A DNA stretch of 64,000 bases, taken from Camelus dromedarius. Its lineage: Eukaryota. The DNA is taken from NCBI RefSeq assembly GCF_036321535.1, contig NC_087436.1:101124001-101188000 (forward strand), given 5' to 3'. A program made the position numbers and the translations under genes. The notes beneath the pieces are model-generated. The model was not told the origin of the DNA and searched no databases. It was given only the letters and a program-made list of their open reading frames with translations. Positions 12,320 to 26,034 of this stretch are shown piece by piece. Numbering within the stretch: the first letter of the stretch is position 1; each line of letters opens with the position of its first letter.

Positions 12320-14821
12320 AAAAGAAATTTAACAAATCCCGTTTAGTCATGTGTGAGTTACTGTGCTTTGTTGAAGAGCCATTTTGGGGGGTTTAGAAAA
12401 ATGACAAATCACTTAAGTACTGATTCATATGTGATTAGATCTCAATGAATGGGTGTACATTGAAAATACAAATTTGTGAACATTATAAGACATCTGAAAT
12501 AGGAACTATCTATGTAACTTTAATTTTAGGCACAGAACTTATTAGCAGAATGAACACTTGCCTAGCAGAGCATGACAAGGAAGCTTTACTGATGGCTGTA
12601 TCCACATCAATAATAACCCTGTGACTAGGTGGTTCACGTCCACTGTACAGATGCGACTTTGCTCCCGTAGCTAGAAAGAAAAATAGGCCTTACATCACCC
12701 TGCCGTTTGCTGGGTACATTGTAGCTAAGCTTGACTCCAATGTATCTCTTCCTGGTTTGGAGTCACCTGATGGAGGAGGGGCGGTGTGCACAATGAGTAG
12801 GGACCCTTCTGCCTTTTCTGTTGATTTTTGGTTTGTTTCTGTTTTAATCAATCAGTTAGGAATCGTTTCATAGATTATTTAAATGATGGAAGAAAAAATG
12901 ATTTTTAAATCTCTTGGCATATTCATATCTATGACCCCTATCCCTTTGCCAGGAACTCGTGCCCAGAACTTTACACGTTACCTCGCTTAAGTTAAAACTT
13001 ACATTACTTGTGGATAGTTGTCATAATCATCTTACAGATGAGGTTTTTGACCCATCGCCACTCAATGCCAGGATCAAGATTGGAACACAGTTCTGTGAGT
13101 TAATCAAATCCCATACATACCCTTTGTCTTTTCTGGAGTAGTTCTCAAGATGGTGGCATCTCAGAGCAGAAACATATTTCATGCAAATAAATTCCAGTTA
13201 TGACCCTTTTTGTCTTTTTAACTGTCCAGGCATAAAAGGATGAAGCTTATGAGAGAGAAAATCTGGCCCACTGGAGAGGAAGCTGACATATCACAGATAA
13301 CCGGACAGCTACACAAGACAGCTAGCAGGGCACAGAGAGTGTAGAAACGCCAAGTGTTAATGTAAGTGAGCCCACTTGTGGGAAATAGCTAACTAGTGAC
13401 ATGTCTGAGTGCACATCTTTCCAGAAAATCACTTTGATGAAATGTTCTCAGTCTCATAAAAGTGATTAGACCTTTGCTATATCTAACAGAGAGAAGTCAA
13501 CAGTCCAGTACACAGAGGGAAAAAAAAAAAAAGAGTGAAATGAGTTGAAGTAGAAGAAAGTAGTGGAAACCTGCAGGCATGGTGAAGAGATAAGAATTAG
13601 GTGATATTTTAGCTAGAGCAGTCAATGTTAGGATGCATCAAACTTTTAGAAAAATAAGATCAAAGATAATTTGAGAGATTCAAGAAATCTGTGGTGATGT
13701 CGAGACGAGCATAAATAATTCTCACTCTGGAATGGCTAGAATGCTAACTAAAAGCAGAGACGTAACCTCAGTGACCTCCGAAATCCCCCAGATTTAGGTC
13801 CAAGATTTCTATTGTTATTATTAGTGTTAGCACTACAGGCCAGGAAGGAGTAAAGATAAACGAAGAAAAACAAGTCCTATCTAAACTGGGGAAACAAGAG
13901 CCAGACACGGAAGGAAAGCAAAAGAAGCGTGAAGGATGATTAAAAAAGGACTAAAATAAAGAAAACATGTTATTTTATTTTTATCTTTTTTTAGTCCAAA
14001 ATAATGAAACAGAAAATGTGCAAAATGTGGTACCTAAACCCATCAACAGCAGGATGTAAAAAATTATAACGGCTCTATTACCTCACTGCATGTAGTACTT
14101 CTGATGGCTAATTACACTATCAGATGTACAGACGTATGTGATGTGAATAATGCATTTTCTGAGTTTTTTTTTTTTAAACCTAACTTTGGTTCCTGCATAC
14201 ATTGACAAGATTCAAATCTACAACAGACATAATGTGGAAATGCAGTTTTAAGCAATCATGAGATAAGTATATACTTTTCAAAACATTCGTATTTAATTTA
14301 AATAATGCGCATTTAGGCATCTTAGTTGAATTGGATTTGACATGCGGTACATTGTAAAATGTCTCAAGATGAGTCCATTAAAGAAAAGAATGCCAGAAAA
14401 TAGAGACTGATAAAGAGAAAAACAAAAGAAAGCAGAATAAATAAGTTAAAAACTTAGCACTCCACAAAACCAGGGCAGATTCCGATTGGCTAGACATGAA
14501 ATCATGATTTACTAGTCTATTTGCTCTGCTATTCAATAAATAACATGGTGTCAATGGAGCAACTGTCATATCACAAAGAATGTAGACCATGAAGTGGCCC
14601 ATGCGACAATATATCATTACTGTGTTTCCACCCACTTTCTTAGAGCAAACTGTATTCAATAAGATGATAAAGATTCTGACATTTCAATCAGCATATTTCT
14701 TAAAACTGTGCATCACGCAAATTCTTTAGTTCTTTTTCCCAAAATTTATTGAAAGCTAGGATGCGTGACATTGTAATATTATTATGTGTTTAAAATAATG
14801 ACATGTGGTAAGGTTTCAATC

Positions 14822-14838
14822 GAGACACCTGGTGGCAG
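14822..14838 (-). promoter_or_regulatory. Candidate CTCF-like motif
   Basis: The minus strand reads CTGCCACCAGGTGTCTC, 12/14 to the core CCACCAGGTGGCGC. Motif match only. Confidence 0.25.
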
Positions 14839-15179
14839 AAGAATTTCCCTTTATTGATGTGGAGAGAGTTCTGAGCATATTTTTTAACAGTTGGCATTTG
14901 CAGAAGTACTTTACGAACATCAGTTAGTTACTGATGACAATTACTACACGAAATAGAGCCACACCTGTGGGTTCAGGCTGCCACTTTTAAATACTGATAC
15001 GCTGATACCCTATCCACCAACCACCTTGCTTCTGAAGAGCAAAATCTGACTTATTAATAGAGTTTTTATTCTCCGGGTTTGCTTATAATTGGGGAAATTT
15101 CTTAAACCACCTCTCAGCTTCCTCTCTGCTAATCCATACCATTTGCTTTCTCAAATTATTGTATACATTTGGACCTTAC

Positions 15180-15190
15180 CTGTTTGGTAA
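15180..15190 (-). other. Candidate 11-nt microexon
   Basis: Minus strand: ttgtcccttcattttcctag|TTACCAAACAG|gtaagg. Confidence 0.2.
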
Positions 15191-16284
15191 CTAGGAAAAT
15201 GAAGGGACAATTTTCCATGTTTATGTATTTGTATGCTTGTGGAATTAAGTGCTGTATTATACAGAACTGTTTGTTTTTCCTGCCTATAGCGTGGTTCCTT
15301 GGGTAGAGCCGTCTCTCTGTTTCATCATGCCCAAACCCCAATGTCAGTTCCTCAAAACCTCCTCCCCGCCCAGAGCTAAACCCTGAACTGAATGGCAGCT
15401 AGATGGACGGCTCCTGTTCAAAAAGATAAAGTAACAAAACGGTGCAGACACGTGCACACCGGCACAGGAGCTAGAATCTGGGTTAAACTCAAGCATCAAC
15501 CTCCATGTCCAGGTTCATATACTCAAAGAAAAACATGCCAGAACAGCAACATTCAGAAAGTGCTCACAAGGCTGAGAGACCATTAGAAGCTTTTATAAAA
15601 CATAGTCAAATGACTATTATGAATGAGTAAGAAATGCATGGATTAAGTGTTGCTATTAATATCTACGGTTGGAAAAAAAAAAAAAAACTCAGGGTCTAGG
15701 GAAAGCTACACTGTCTATAGAGTCCACAGAACGGCAAACCAGAAAACATTGGAGAGTTTTACACACGCATGACAGTGAATGTTTATATTGAGAGTAAAGC
15801 AAACAAGCACATTAAAAGAGAATCAGTCCAACCAGAGGACCGTGCTTTTGGAACCATGGTCACTGGCTTTCATTCCCCCATAAGAATCAATTCAGGAAAA
15901 ACAGGTATGTTTATTAATGAACCACATTTTTTTTATTACATTTTTTTCATATCACTGGAATAAGACTCCATGATAAATGTATGTGCTCTCACAATGGAGA
16001 ATGCCTACTCAACCAAAGAGAAAAATCTGAATAAGATTATTGGCTACTTTTAGGCCATCAAAATGTAAATAATCGGCATATCTCATATGTTACAATGGAA
16101 ATTAAGAAGCTCATTGGGTCACATTCCACTGGACAGTTTCTCTTTATTGGTCACCAGAACCAAATCTATGACTGTGACTTCAGTAAGCATGTACTATGTA
16201 TCTACTCCTGTCTCTGTATATTATGCACGCTATGTCTCTGCTTCCAAGATACTTCCCTGCTTCTTTGCTAAGAATGAGATTTAT

Positions 16285-16650
16285 TAAGCTGCATTTACTG
16301 AGGGTGTACTTACTTAGCGCCAGCCATAGCTCTAAATACTTTATACACATCAACGCCTTTTATTCTCTCAATTTAACAATAACAGTAGCCACCTAGCTCT
16401 TCTGAGAACTCAACAACTTATTGTTTGTAAAGTGCTTCGGTCACTGCGCAGCATGTAGAAAATGCGATACAAGTCAGAGTTTTGTCAAACAGATGAATGA
16501 AATAGGTTATATTTGTTCTTCTCATTTTACACATGAAGCAATGGAAGCAGAGGTAGATTAAGGAGCTCCCAAGCATCATGAGCTCATAAGTGGTGAAGCT
16601 GGACTTTAGACACCAGCAGTTTCATTCTTAAGCCTACATTCTTAACCATT
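16285..16650 (-). mobile_element. MIR SINE, with an opposite-orientation MIR piece at about 16395-16500
   Basis: catttactgagggtgtacttacttagcgccag...ctcattttacacatgaagcaatggaagcagagg...ataagtggtgaagctggacttt...cttaaccat. Confidence 0.7.
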
Positions 16651-17124
16651 CTTGACAACAGGGCTCTGTCACGTCACTAAAATGTGCGTGGGTTGTTCCT
16701 TCAACAACTTGATCCTGAACACCTTCTCTAAGAACTTCCCAGAATGTATACCTGTACACACCCTAGATTGCGGGCTTCTTGAAAATACAAACCACATTCT
16801 GTCACATAGTCTTTCTTCTCCTCCAGGACAGTTCTGCACTGATCTGTACACTGCAGATGTGCACAAAATGCACGAATGACTGTATAGATTGATGCCTTTG
16901 TGAGGATAATGCAAGGGATAATGTTTTAACTTTAAAAATTTAACAGATATGCACTGACTATTTTCTGCCTCAAGATACAAATACCCATCCAGTTTAATTA
17001 TCCTTTTTTTATTTGAGTATTCAATGACCACTCTTTCTGTACTTAACCATCCCCAAAAGCATTCCTTAAAAAATGCCCTGCAAGTCCTGAATGCATAATT
17101 TTGTACTTTTTGAAAAATGAGTAT

Positions 17125-17330
17125 TTCAGTCTTTACAGATTTGAGTTTGTGCCCCAATTCCACAGCTGTGTGTGGTACTACCTGTGAGCTCTGGAAAAAG
17201 TTCTTTAATCTCCATGAGCCTCACTTGCCTTTGCTTTCACATGGGGATTCCGGCACTTGCTTAGTAAACGGTAAGGAGGAGTACACAAATCCAAATAATA
17301 GTGAGCACAAAGCAAGCACCACAGAGTGAG
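17125..17330 (+). mobile_element. MIR SINE
   Basis: gatttgagtttgtgccccaattccac...ctttaatctccatgagcctcacttgcctttgctttcacatgggga. Confidence 0.55.
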
Positions 17331-18060
17331 TGTGTAAATTGCTTCTCAGACTTTCTCCAATAAACATGTAAATGAAGTCTAGCTACAACTTTACTTGGGT
17401 TAGACACGTGAGTTTTCTTTGCATTTTTGTCTTTCTAATTCTAAAGCAGAAATGTATTTGCATTGTTTACATACAATTTGAGCATTAAAGGTGGGGCACA
17501 TAAGAGTAAAATCTAGAGTAGCACTGGGAAGTCAAGCTGAAAATCAAATTTTCCTGAGAATAATTAATTACCAAATAAAAGTATCTCTAAGAATTCTCAG
17601 ATGACAGCCTCTTCTAAGTCTGCAACATTTGGTGATCTAGATATTCTTGGAGGGGGTGCATCCATTTCTGGGTACAGGGCCAAAAAAATAAACTTCCTGG
17701 TTCTTATTTCCAAGTGAGATGCTACAGATCAACACTGCCCTAAGTGGAGCATGCCGGGAAAAAGCTCCGGAATGGCTTTTAATATACCAGATATGCTAGA
17801 GGCCCGGTTGCACTAATGATGGATTATTGACAAACTGTATTACTGTGATGCATTTTTTAAAAAGCGTACATTTATTCCTACGAGGCTCTGTTCCAAGTCT
17901 GACTCAAAGTTCAGTGCATTTGTTTTATTTATGTATATTATCCTTGTCCCAGAGAATCCCAACTGTAGTAAGACACAATACACTGAATTTCTGTCAGTTG
18001 TATTTCCCTTCAACAAATTCCACAATAAATATTTATGATTCTAAACTCAGTACAGGTCGA

Positions 18061-18130
18061 AGAGAGAAAGAGAGAAATGGAGAAAGGGAGAAAGGGAGAA
18101 AGGGAGAAAGAGAGAAAGAAAAGGAAAGAA

Positions 18131-18161
<31 letters not shown>

Positions 18162-18202
18162 AAGAGAGAAAGAAAGAGAGAAAGAGAGAAAGAGAGAAAG
18201 AG

Positions 18203-18241
<39 letters not shown>

Positions 18242-18283
18242 GAGAAAGAAAGAAAGGAAGAAAGAAAGAAAAAGAAAGAGAGA
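18061..18283. repeat. Long polypurine (AG/AAAG)n low-complexity repeat
   Basis: About 220 bp, almost entirely A/G. It produces the ERK-rich and SLF-rich spurious ORFs. Confidence 0.97.
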
Positions 18284-18561
18284 AATTACAGCACCACCAT
18301 GGCTTTAATGAGGTTATCAAATGCAGGCTAAGACTGGCCATTAGGTTGTAAAGAGTGGTCAGCTAAGAGAGAAGTCTGCTTTGGGGCATGAGTGTTGAGA
18401 AAGACTCAGCAATAATGCTTGAAGGGAAGGAAGGAAAGAAGGACAGAAGGAGAGAGGGAGGGTGGGTGGAAAGAAGAAAGGATGGAAGAGGAAAGAAAAG
18501 AACAGCTTTTCTAGCCAGATACAAACCGGAAGCCAAATTTGCAGGAAAATTCTACACTTAC

Positions 18562-18619
18562 CAAGGCATGTTCCCAACTCTCAGGTCCTGGCAGCCACCT
18601 CATCATATTAAACATTAAT
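18562..18619 (-). other. Candidate 58-nt cassette exon
   Basis: Minus strand: ctggctttttag|ATTAATG...CATGCCTTG|gtaagtg. Good donor, short pyrimidine tract. Confidence 0.15.
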
Positions 18620-19334
18620 CTAAAAAGCCAGTCAATGCTTGGCCTAGTCTGCCCTGCCCTTCTAGAATTTTTTCAAAAAGGGGAAAAAACAGCCATACAA
18701 AAACATATTAGTATATTTGGATATGTTCACAACGATTCAAGGACTTAAGCACTTAAACCACTGTAGCTCTTTCTCAAAACTCCCTAATGAAGTTTTGACT
18801 CTTTCCTTGTTGTGGCCGCAAGCATTCTCTGAGCTTTTACAGAGGCAGCTACTCAGGACCACCATAAGGGCACAGCAGTGGTTAAGCGAGAGGCACCAAT
18901 AACAATACAGATCTGACATGCTTTCTTTTTCCTGGCTTGCTGACAGTTCTCAGGAAATGAAGCATGTGGTTTTGATGAAGTAGTTCCTTAAATTTTAATG
19001 TGGCATTGATCTAGCTTAGGATTCCTAAAGGTTCATGGGCAGTACACTAACGGAGGAGAATTGACGGCTGAGAAGAAAAACAAAACACAAGAAACAAAAT
19101 GAAAGTTTAGTTCTATAAAAATAACCCGTAAAGTGCAAATGAGAAATGGTATGATGTTACACAAAAACCCAGTATTGTTGATAATTTGGGGGTTCATGCC
19201 ATAGATTCTCAAAGTCCACAATGAAAAACGAATCACGTGGCTAACATGCCTTGTCCATAAACCAAGACATGATTCAACAAGGCTGAAGCAGTAGAGGGTA
19301 AAAGAAATGCACTGGTGACATGACCTAGTGTCCT

Positions 19335-19990
19335 AGGTGGTACACTTCATCTCAGTTATCAGCAACGCCATCTACTCCATTGTCCAAGATAGGAGCCACA
19401 GAATAACCTTTACATCCTGTCCTCATGAACACACCCCATCCACATGCATTCATCAAGCTCCATCCATTCATCTTTACAGCTGCCTTGCATGTCTCTCTGT
19501 CCCTCCTTCACCACTGCCATTTGCTTTGCTAGGTTCCTCCTCACCTGTCTCCTAGACCCTATTCCAGTCTCTATGCCACTGACTCTAGTCCTCCCAATCT
19601 ATCTGGTGCCAGAATTATCTTCCTGTAATACAAATCTCAGATCATTACTCTTTATAAACCATGGATAACTTCCCGTTTCCTACAGGATACAATCAGATCA
19701 CCTCCTCACGGTATTCACATAGCTCCACGCCTCTCAGTGTCTTTCCCTGTGCAGTAGTGCTCCCCCCTAGGCTTCCACTTCTCCATCACAACAGAAGATT
19801 CACAGCCCACACCCATTTCCATGCTCCAAAACTGTGTTTGTGTTGTTTGCTCCTTCTCTGCCTAATACAATTTTACTCCAAGGTCAAACACTCTTTCCTC
19901 TCTGGAGCAGATCCTTCCCCTGGGGCAAGCAGTGCCTCACTTCTGTGTCCCTCAGTAACTTTCTGCATGCACCTCTATTACCTGGTTGTG
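19335..19990 (+). mobile_element. L2 LINE 3' region
   Basis: gccatctactccattgtccaag...ctccttcaccactgcca...ctcacctgtctcc...gccagaattatcttcctgtaatacaaatctcagatcat is the pyrimidine-rich L2 3' region. Confidence 0.75.
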
Positions 19991-22900
19991 GTAGATTTGG
20001 GGAGCTTCCTCTCTTAATCACAAAGTCAAGGTAGACCATCCATAGGCAGAAGGTATCCAGCATTTTTGCTTATTCGTTTTTTTTTTAGGAAAAAAAAAAG
20101 TCTTTAAATTGCCTTCACGATCCTTTCAGCAAAATACCACAACCACAGATCTGAAGTTTCTCAGGAGAAGTTTAAATCTGATTTCAGAGCGTGGAGTGCC
20201 ATTTTGTCCCCTCTTTGGAATGGAGGGACAACATACACAGGCTACCCTTGGTGGGCAAGGACTTAAAGAAAAGATAATGAAGACTTCTAAAGTCATCACG
20301 AAGAAAAGCTAAATGAGAAAAATTTCCCAGAATATGAAGGAAGGGAAAAAAAGAAACCGCATTTCCTTTACATTCTATCAGACAGACAGCCATCAGGAGG
20401 GGTTCTGCCTTTGCTATGACTGATACTTCTCTCAAATCCTCCAAACTTACTGGCCTCTTGAGATTCTGGGTTCCTTACTCCAAATTTGCTGAAGGATGAA
20501 AGGAAACTGCTTTTGCTGAGCAAAACAAGAAAAAAGCACATTCGGAGTGAGATGTAAATGGTAACCCTAAAATTAGAGAAACTGGAAATTCTCTTCGTGG
20601 GCTGGGTGTTTTCCATTCTGCAGAGACAGCATTCTCAGACCTGTACTGAGTTAACCTGTCCTGTTCTGGGATCATTCGAGGATGTTAGATTTTCAACTAC
20701 TCTAAACACCAAGGTTCTAGCTCCTGATGTTATCAATCTAATAAGAATCAGGCGTTTCAATGACAGGATTGCAAGGAAGCCTCGTTCACATTCTGTCTCT
20801 GAAAGGCATTTCGTCAAACAGTTCTCGTTATCAAAGCCTCCCATCCACCCAGGGAACATCCTATTTAAATTTGCAGGGACTTTCTTGTAATCTCAGCAGT
20901 ATGGTTGTCAGCAAGGAGGTGGCATAATGGACTATAATCATTTTGCACACAGTAAGGACAGGTCTAGCAGAAAATGTTTAATTCTAGGTGATGGCTCGTG
21001 CCCAGTCAGAAAAGGGCACGTACTAATAAGGAACTGCAGAAAAGTGCCGGTGACGACATGCTCGCTTCAAAAAGCAAGCTCAGCACATTTGCAGCAGCTA
21101 ATAGAACCATTACAGCTGCATGTCAGGCCATGAAAAACACCAAAGGACAGGAGCACCAGAGTGAGAGGGATAAGAAGGTACCAACAACAACAAAAAGATA
21201 AATCGGGGTATCTGATCATGCCTCCATATTTTTATCAGCTGAAAGTTCGGTGAACCAGGTCATCAAATCTAGGAAATAAAAGTGTGCCCCAAAGCTTGCA
21301 CAGGATGATCTCCATGTCTTAATTTATTATAAACATCACACACTACAACTGAACCCTTCACTATATGAATATCATTTTATTTCCAGTAATGCCTGTACTC
21401 TTGTCTGTTACTACATCCAAGCTCTAAGGCTTTTATCTTTGCTGTTTAGTTTTCTCTCTTCTTCTAATTCAAATATACAATGAGAAACTTTACAAATGAA
21501 GAGAAGGATAATGCGTGAAAAGGATCCTGTCGCTTTTAAAAGGGAAGGGATTCTTCACATAATTTCTAAGTGTTTGTTACCCCTGTAAGACTTAGGGTCA
21601 AACGGGTTCTCTAGAAAACTGGGAGCTGGTCTAGGAGTAATGCCAGGGTCCTAAAACCTCATCTAGATGGTCCTTTGCTCACCAACAGCCCCCACAGTTG
21701 CATTCTTCAACGAAGGACAGTCCTTGTGCAGTGACCACAAGGAGCACCGATGCTTAAAAGCTACCTATTCGAAACATCCAACAGAAAAATATAAATTTTT
21801 AATATGAAGAGGGGTGGAATCACAATATAAGTAAACCAAGATGGATTCATTTAAAGGCACACGATATTCTCATAGGAATGTAAAATAGCTATTTAAGGCA
21901 TACAGGACCATTTATCAGCCAGGAAAATAACACAAACAAAAGATGAAAACAGAACACCTGATCTTTTCCACAGCCCACTGGTAGTCTGGGCCGGGCTGTG
22001 GCTGTTTAATGCAACACAAGAATGAGAAAATGTTCCTGGATGTGGCGTATGACATTCCAAACCTAGCATGCACTGGCCTGCATTGTGAATCCGTCCCAGC
22101 AGCCAGCCCTCCATTAAGCATGGCTTCAAATGTACTCATTATTTTGAGTAAGAATGAAATTAAACAACAGAGGATTCCTGCAAATAAATGTAAAAGCAGG
22201 TGCACTTTGAAAATAGATTTGCTTAAGTTGGGGGTGGGGGTGGGGTCCTTCTGTGCCCTCACTACCAAGGAGTTTAATTAATCATGGCTGGAGACGGAGG
22301 CAACGCTTGGATTACTGGCCTGCCCTTTAAGAACTTTCTGTGTTATCAGCCAATATCTGAGATACTGATCCTTTGCTATCGCTGGTTACTGTGCTGCTCT
22401 GTGATGGGGCTTAACTCAATTTATCTGACTCTTAATTTAACCGTTAATAAAAACTGAGCATTGGGGAACATAGCTCAGAAGGTTCAGAATAGTGCCTCTG
22501 GGATACACATTTTATCCTTCCCACTGTTTCTATTCTGGTTACATCAGTATGCAGAAGCCATCTCAACTGAATATTCCTAGACACAATACAATTGTATGCA
22601 GAAGGATGGGTCTGGGTTTAAATTAAAAGTTTCAGATGCTGGCAATTCCTTCATGCACACAGCACCAATGCACGGGAAATCCTGGGCCTCCGTAAACATA
22701 GGCCATTTGTCAGTGGAGATTATGAAGGAAATCCATGCAGGAGCAAAAGTATCTCTTTGTTTAAGTTTAAGAAGACAAGTGCATTTGCAGTAGACAGTAC
22801 TCCCTTACAACTATTTCAGGCCAGGGTAAGCGTGGGAAAACTTGAGTAGACAGGGCGAGAGATCTCTGCCCAGCATCTGAGTGAGACCTTGAGAAGGCCA

Positions 22901-23144
22901 CAGTTACTCGCTTTATCTCAGATCCAGTTTAGCCACATTTGTATTTTCTGAACATGGTGCCAAGCTAGAGACCCACCAAATATCTTAAGCCCACATGGGA
23001 ATGGCAATCGCCTTTTCCTCTGTTATCTGAAAGGGGCCGACCTCTTTCCTCTGCATGATATCAGTCTTCTGGAAGCCTTCAAACACAAAGAAATGGATGA
23101 AACTCTTATTTTGGACCAGTACTTGGCTGAGAATGTATCTGCAG

Positions 23145-23390
23145 AGGGAATGTAGACACGGTGCTAAAGACGTGGCCTTTAGAACCAGACAGACTGAAGT
23201 TTGAATCTAGTGCTGCCTTTACTAGCTACAAGGTCACAAGGCAAGTTACTTACACCCTCTGGAACCCTTAGTTTCCTCACCTGTAAAATGGATTAAATTC
23301 ACAGTCCGTGTCTCACAAAGTCACTGTGACAATTCATAAGACCTTAGGACAAATGCTTGGCTTATGTTAAGTGCTCAAGAAATGTTGTAT
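23145..23390 (+). mobile_element. MIR SINE, near full length
   Basis: tttagaaccagacagactgaagtttgaatct...ggcaagttacttac...agtttcctcacctgtaaaatgga...aagtgctcaagaaatgtt. Confidence 0.85.
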
Positions 23391-24931
23391 ATTGTGATGA
23401 TGCTATAACATCAAAAGTTAAGCCATGGGGCCAACATTTTGAAATGAGGCATAGAAAATCATTCAGTTGTGAGGCAAACCCATGCTTAAAATATCCTGCA
23501 GAACTCAGTAATAATCTCCCGAGTTTTCTTCACTTAAGTCCTTTTTAGAAATCTTGCATTTTTCCCCATGTGTCATCTCCAGTAAATCCCTGTAGTCTAT
23601 TGTGTCTTTACAAATATGCCAAGTAACATTCACATTTGCATTAAAATGTGTCACTCCCCCAACCCCATTTGTTCCTAGATGAACTGTAGATTTTATATTC
23701 CAATAGTCATTTTTACATAAGGTGTGTTGGTTTATTGGCTATAACCTACATATTCTCAGAACTTCTTTATTCCTTAAAAAACTAAAAAGCTAATGTTGTT
23801 TAATTAACATAAGTTTTTTTTCCCACAAGTAATATGCTCAGTTTCTCATCAGAATGTCACTATTTTTAAATCCACTTGAATATGATTTATCATCTTTCAC
23901 ACGTTGCTACTCGTATGGTGCTTCATAGGCAAACACTAGTCAAATACACTACCCCTTCGGATTGATATGTCCCTTTTTACATATTCTGAGAGAGGGCAAA
24001 AAGAACTGTTTTCATTTTTTTTTTCAAGTGCCTGAGTCGAAAGGGTGAAAACAAAGATAAACTAGGGATTTATAGCTTTTCTAGGGCTTATTTCTTTTGC
24101 TACTTGGGCGTGTTTTGAAAGTGTTCATATTATTTTCTATCTTTTTTCCATATTCTGTGACTTTTTTTAAATAGCAAAACAATTTTCCTATCATCAATCT
24201 ACCTACAATTTTTAACTGAAAAAAGTCCAAGAGTGTTATCTGAAATGTTCAGTCTTGATCTATTAGAACTCTTTTGCACAACTTTTTTATGCTGTTAATC
24301 ATTCTGATAACTGGTTTTATGAGAATTCAAGGTGCTAAGCACATTTTTGGAGAACATTTAAAAGACAGAACATGTTTCATATTTACTCTTCATCCAGTAA
24401 GGGTGTGCCTTCATCCAGGCTTTATTCAGGACTTGTTTATGAGAAGCTATCTCCTCTAAGCTCTTGGAAGATGATGGAAGAGGCCCCACTAACCCATATA
24501 CATCGCCAATCCCTTCCAGAAACCTTTAAAATAGTTTTCTAGACGATTTACTTTTCAAAAATAGATGAGCTCTTCAGTCAAGCCCGATTACAGGAGTTTA
24601 TTCACCATAGCCTCCTCGAGAAAAGTTCTACATGCTGAAAATTATCTGAGCAAAATTCACCAAACAAATGATTTCATAACCAACTTGAACTTAATTATTC
24701 AAGAAACTATCATAACATAACACACTCATCAAGTTAATGACAGGGATAGACAATCTGAAGATGAATCATTTAACTCGTCCTTAGAAAAATGGTAACAGAG
24801 TCTATTTTTAATTTTATCTATTCAGTTTCCCCCTAACAATGTAAAATTCTTGTACAAGCACAAAGCCATCTGCACTTAATTAATCACACAATCCACCCAA
24901 ACATTATCAGATCCCAAGAGAACGGGAAAGT

Positions 24932-24970
24932 ATAGATAGATAGATAGATAGATATAGATAGATATATATA
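24932..24970. repeat. (ATAG)n/(AT)n microsatellite
   Basis: Read directly from the sequence. Confidence 0.9.
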
Positions 24971-26034
24971 CTTTAAAAGTACATAGACAGTTACAGACTT
25001 CATGTAACACATTTAAATCAGGGCATATCTAAATGATCTAGAAAAAGCAGCAGTGCTCTGCCCAACCAGTTAAATTATTAATTTCAAGAGAGGAACACAG
25101 AAAGCCAGGCATAGGTTCCCATCACATCTTTTTAGCCTGTTGATATTGATTTTCTTCCCTAGAAGATGCAGTTTATGTTGAAGGTCTTTGTATGATGGGA
25201 AATTTCTAAAAGAGCTTATCCATTTTGAACCATGGCTCTGTACCCTCACAGACAACAAGGAACACACCATCTTAAGAGAAAAAAAAAAAAAAGCTCATCA
25301 ATGTTCTGCGTTCTGTGGACCACAGCTCAGCCACTGTTGTCTCATCCTGTGACAACAGGAATGATTTACTCTGAAAAGTATCCTTCCCTTCCCAGTCAGG
25401 AGATGGAAACCAGAAATGGCTAGGAATAGGAATCATTACCGTGAAATCAAGAAGATTTACGTTTTAGAACCACAGGTATAAGGGAAAGAGAAAAGATTAT
25501 GAATCCCACTGTCGGTCTCTATTTTGTAATCTTTCCTGCCAATAATCCTTTGGTTTCCAGGTCTCATCATGTTTGTTTACTCGTGTTGTTCCTTCAGGGC
25601 TGGTTTCCTGGGATCACTAAGTTGCATATATTGAAAAGAACATTTCCTTGGAAACCTTGTGTTCTAGATTCTAACTCAAGTTTTCCCAGGAAGACTGGAC
25701 ATGTCTGAAATAGGGGCATTAGACAGATCCTTAAAGACTTAAGAGTCTTTATCGATAAAGAAGTCCTGATTTTCCAGTTCTGTGAAGCAAGTCTGAGGGT
25801 TACTATGGTCATCTAGCTACACATATGTATATACGGAGTTAATTATGATCATTAGAATTGTTGGGTGCTCTTCAAAGGGAAACGGCTGTGCTTTCATTGC
25901 AGAAAGAAATCATCTGGTGTTTCAGAGTTAACAACAGCCAGCTCCGTCTTATGAAAAAAAAAAAAAAAAAGGCTTACTCTGTAGATCCCAAAGCCTTCTT
26001 TTGAGTTGATATGGAAAGTGGAGATATGGAGACT

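Noticed and set aside
16669..17163. 164-aa minus-strand ORF
   Set aside because: It starts at GTG, overlaps MIR/L2-like sequence at both ends and resembles no protein I recognise.
17827..18351. 174-aa ORF and overlapping ERK-rich or SLF-rich ORFs
   Set aside because: They are translations of the (AG/AAAG)n repeat and show no protein-like complexity.
25730..25760. Short hairpin/palindromes taaagact-taag-agtcttta and tttatcgataaa
   Set aside because: Arms of 8 bp or less in AT-rich DNA are expected by chance; there is no pre-miRNA-length stem.
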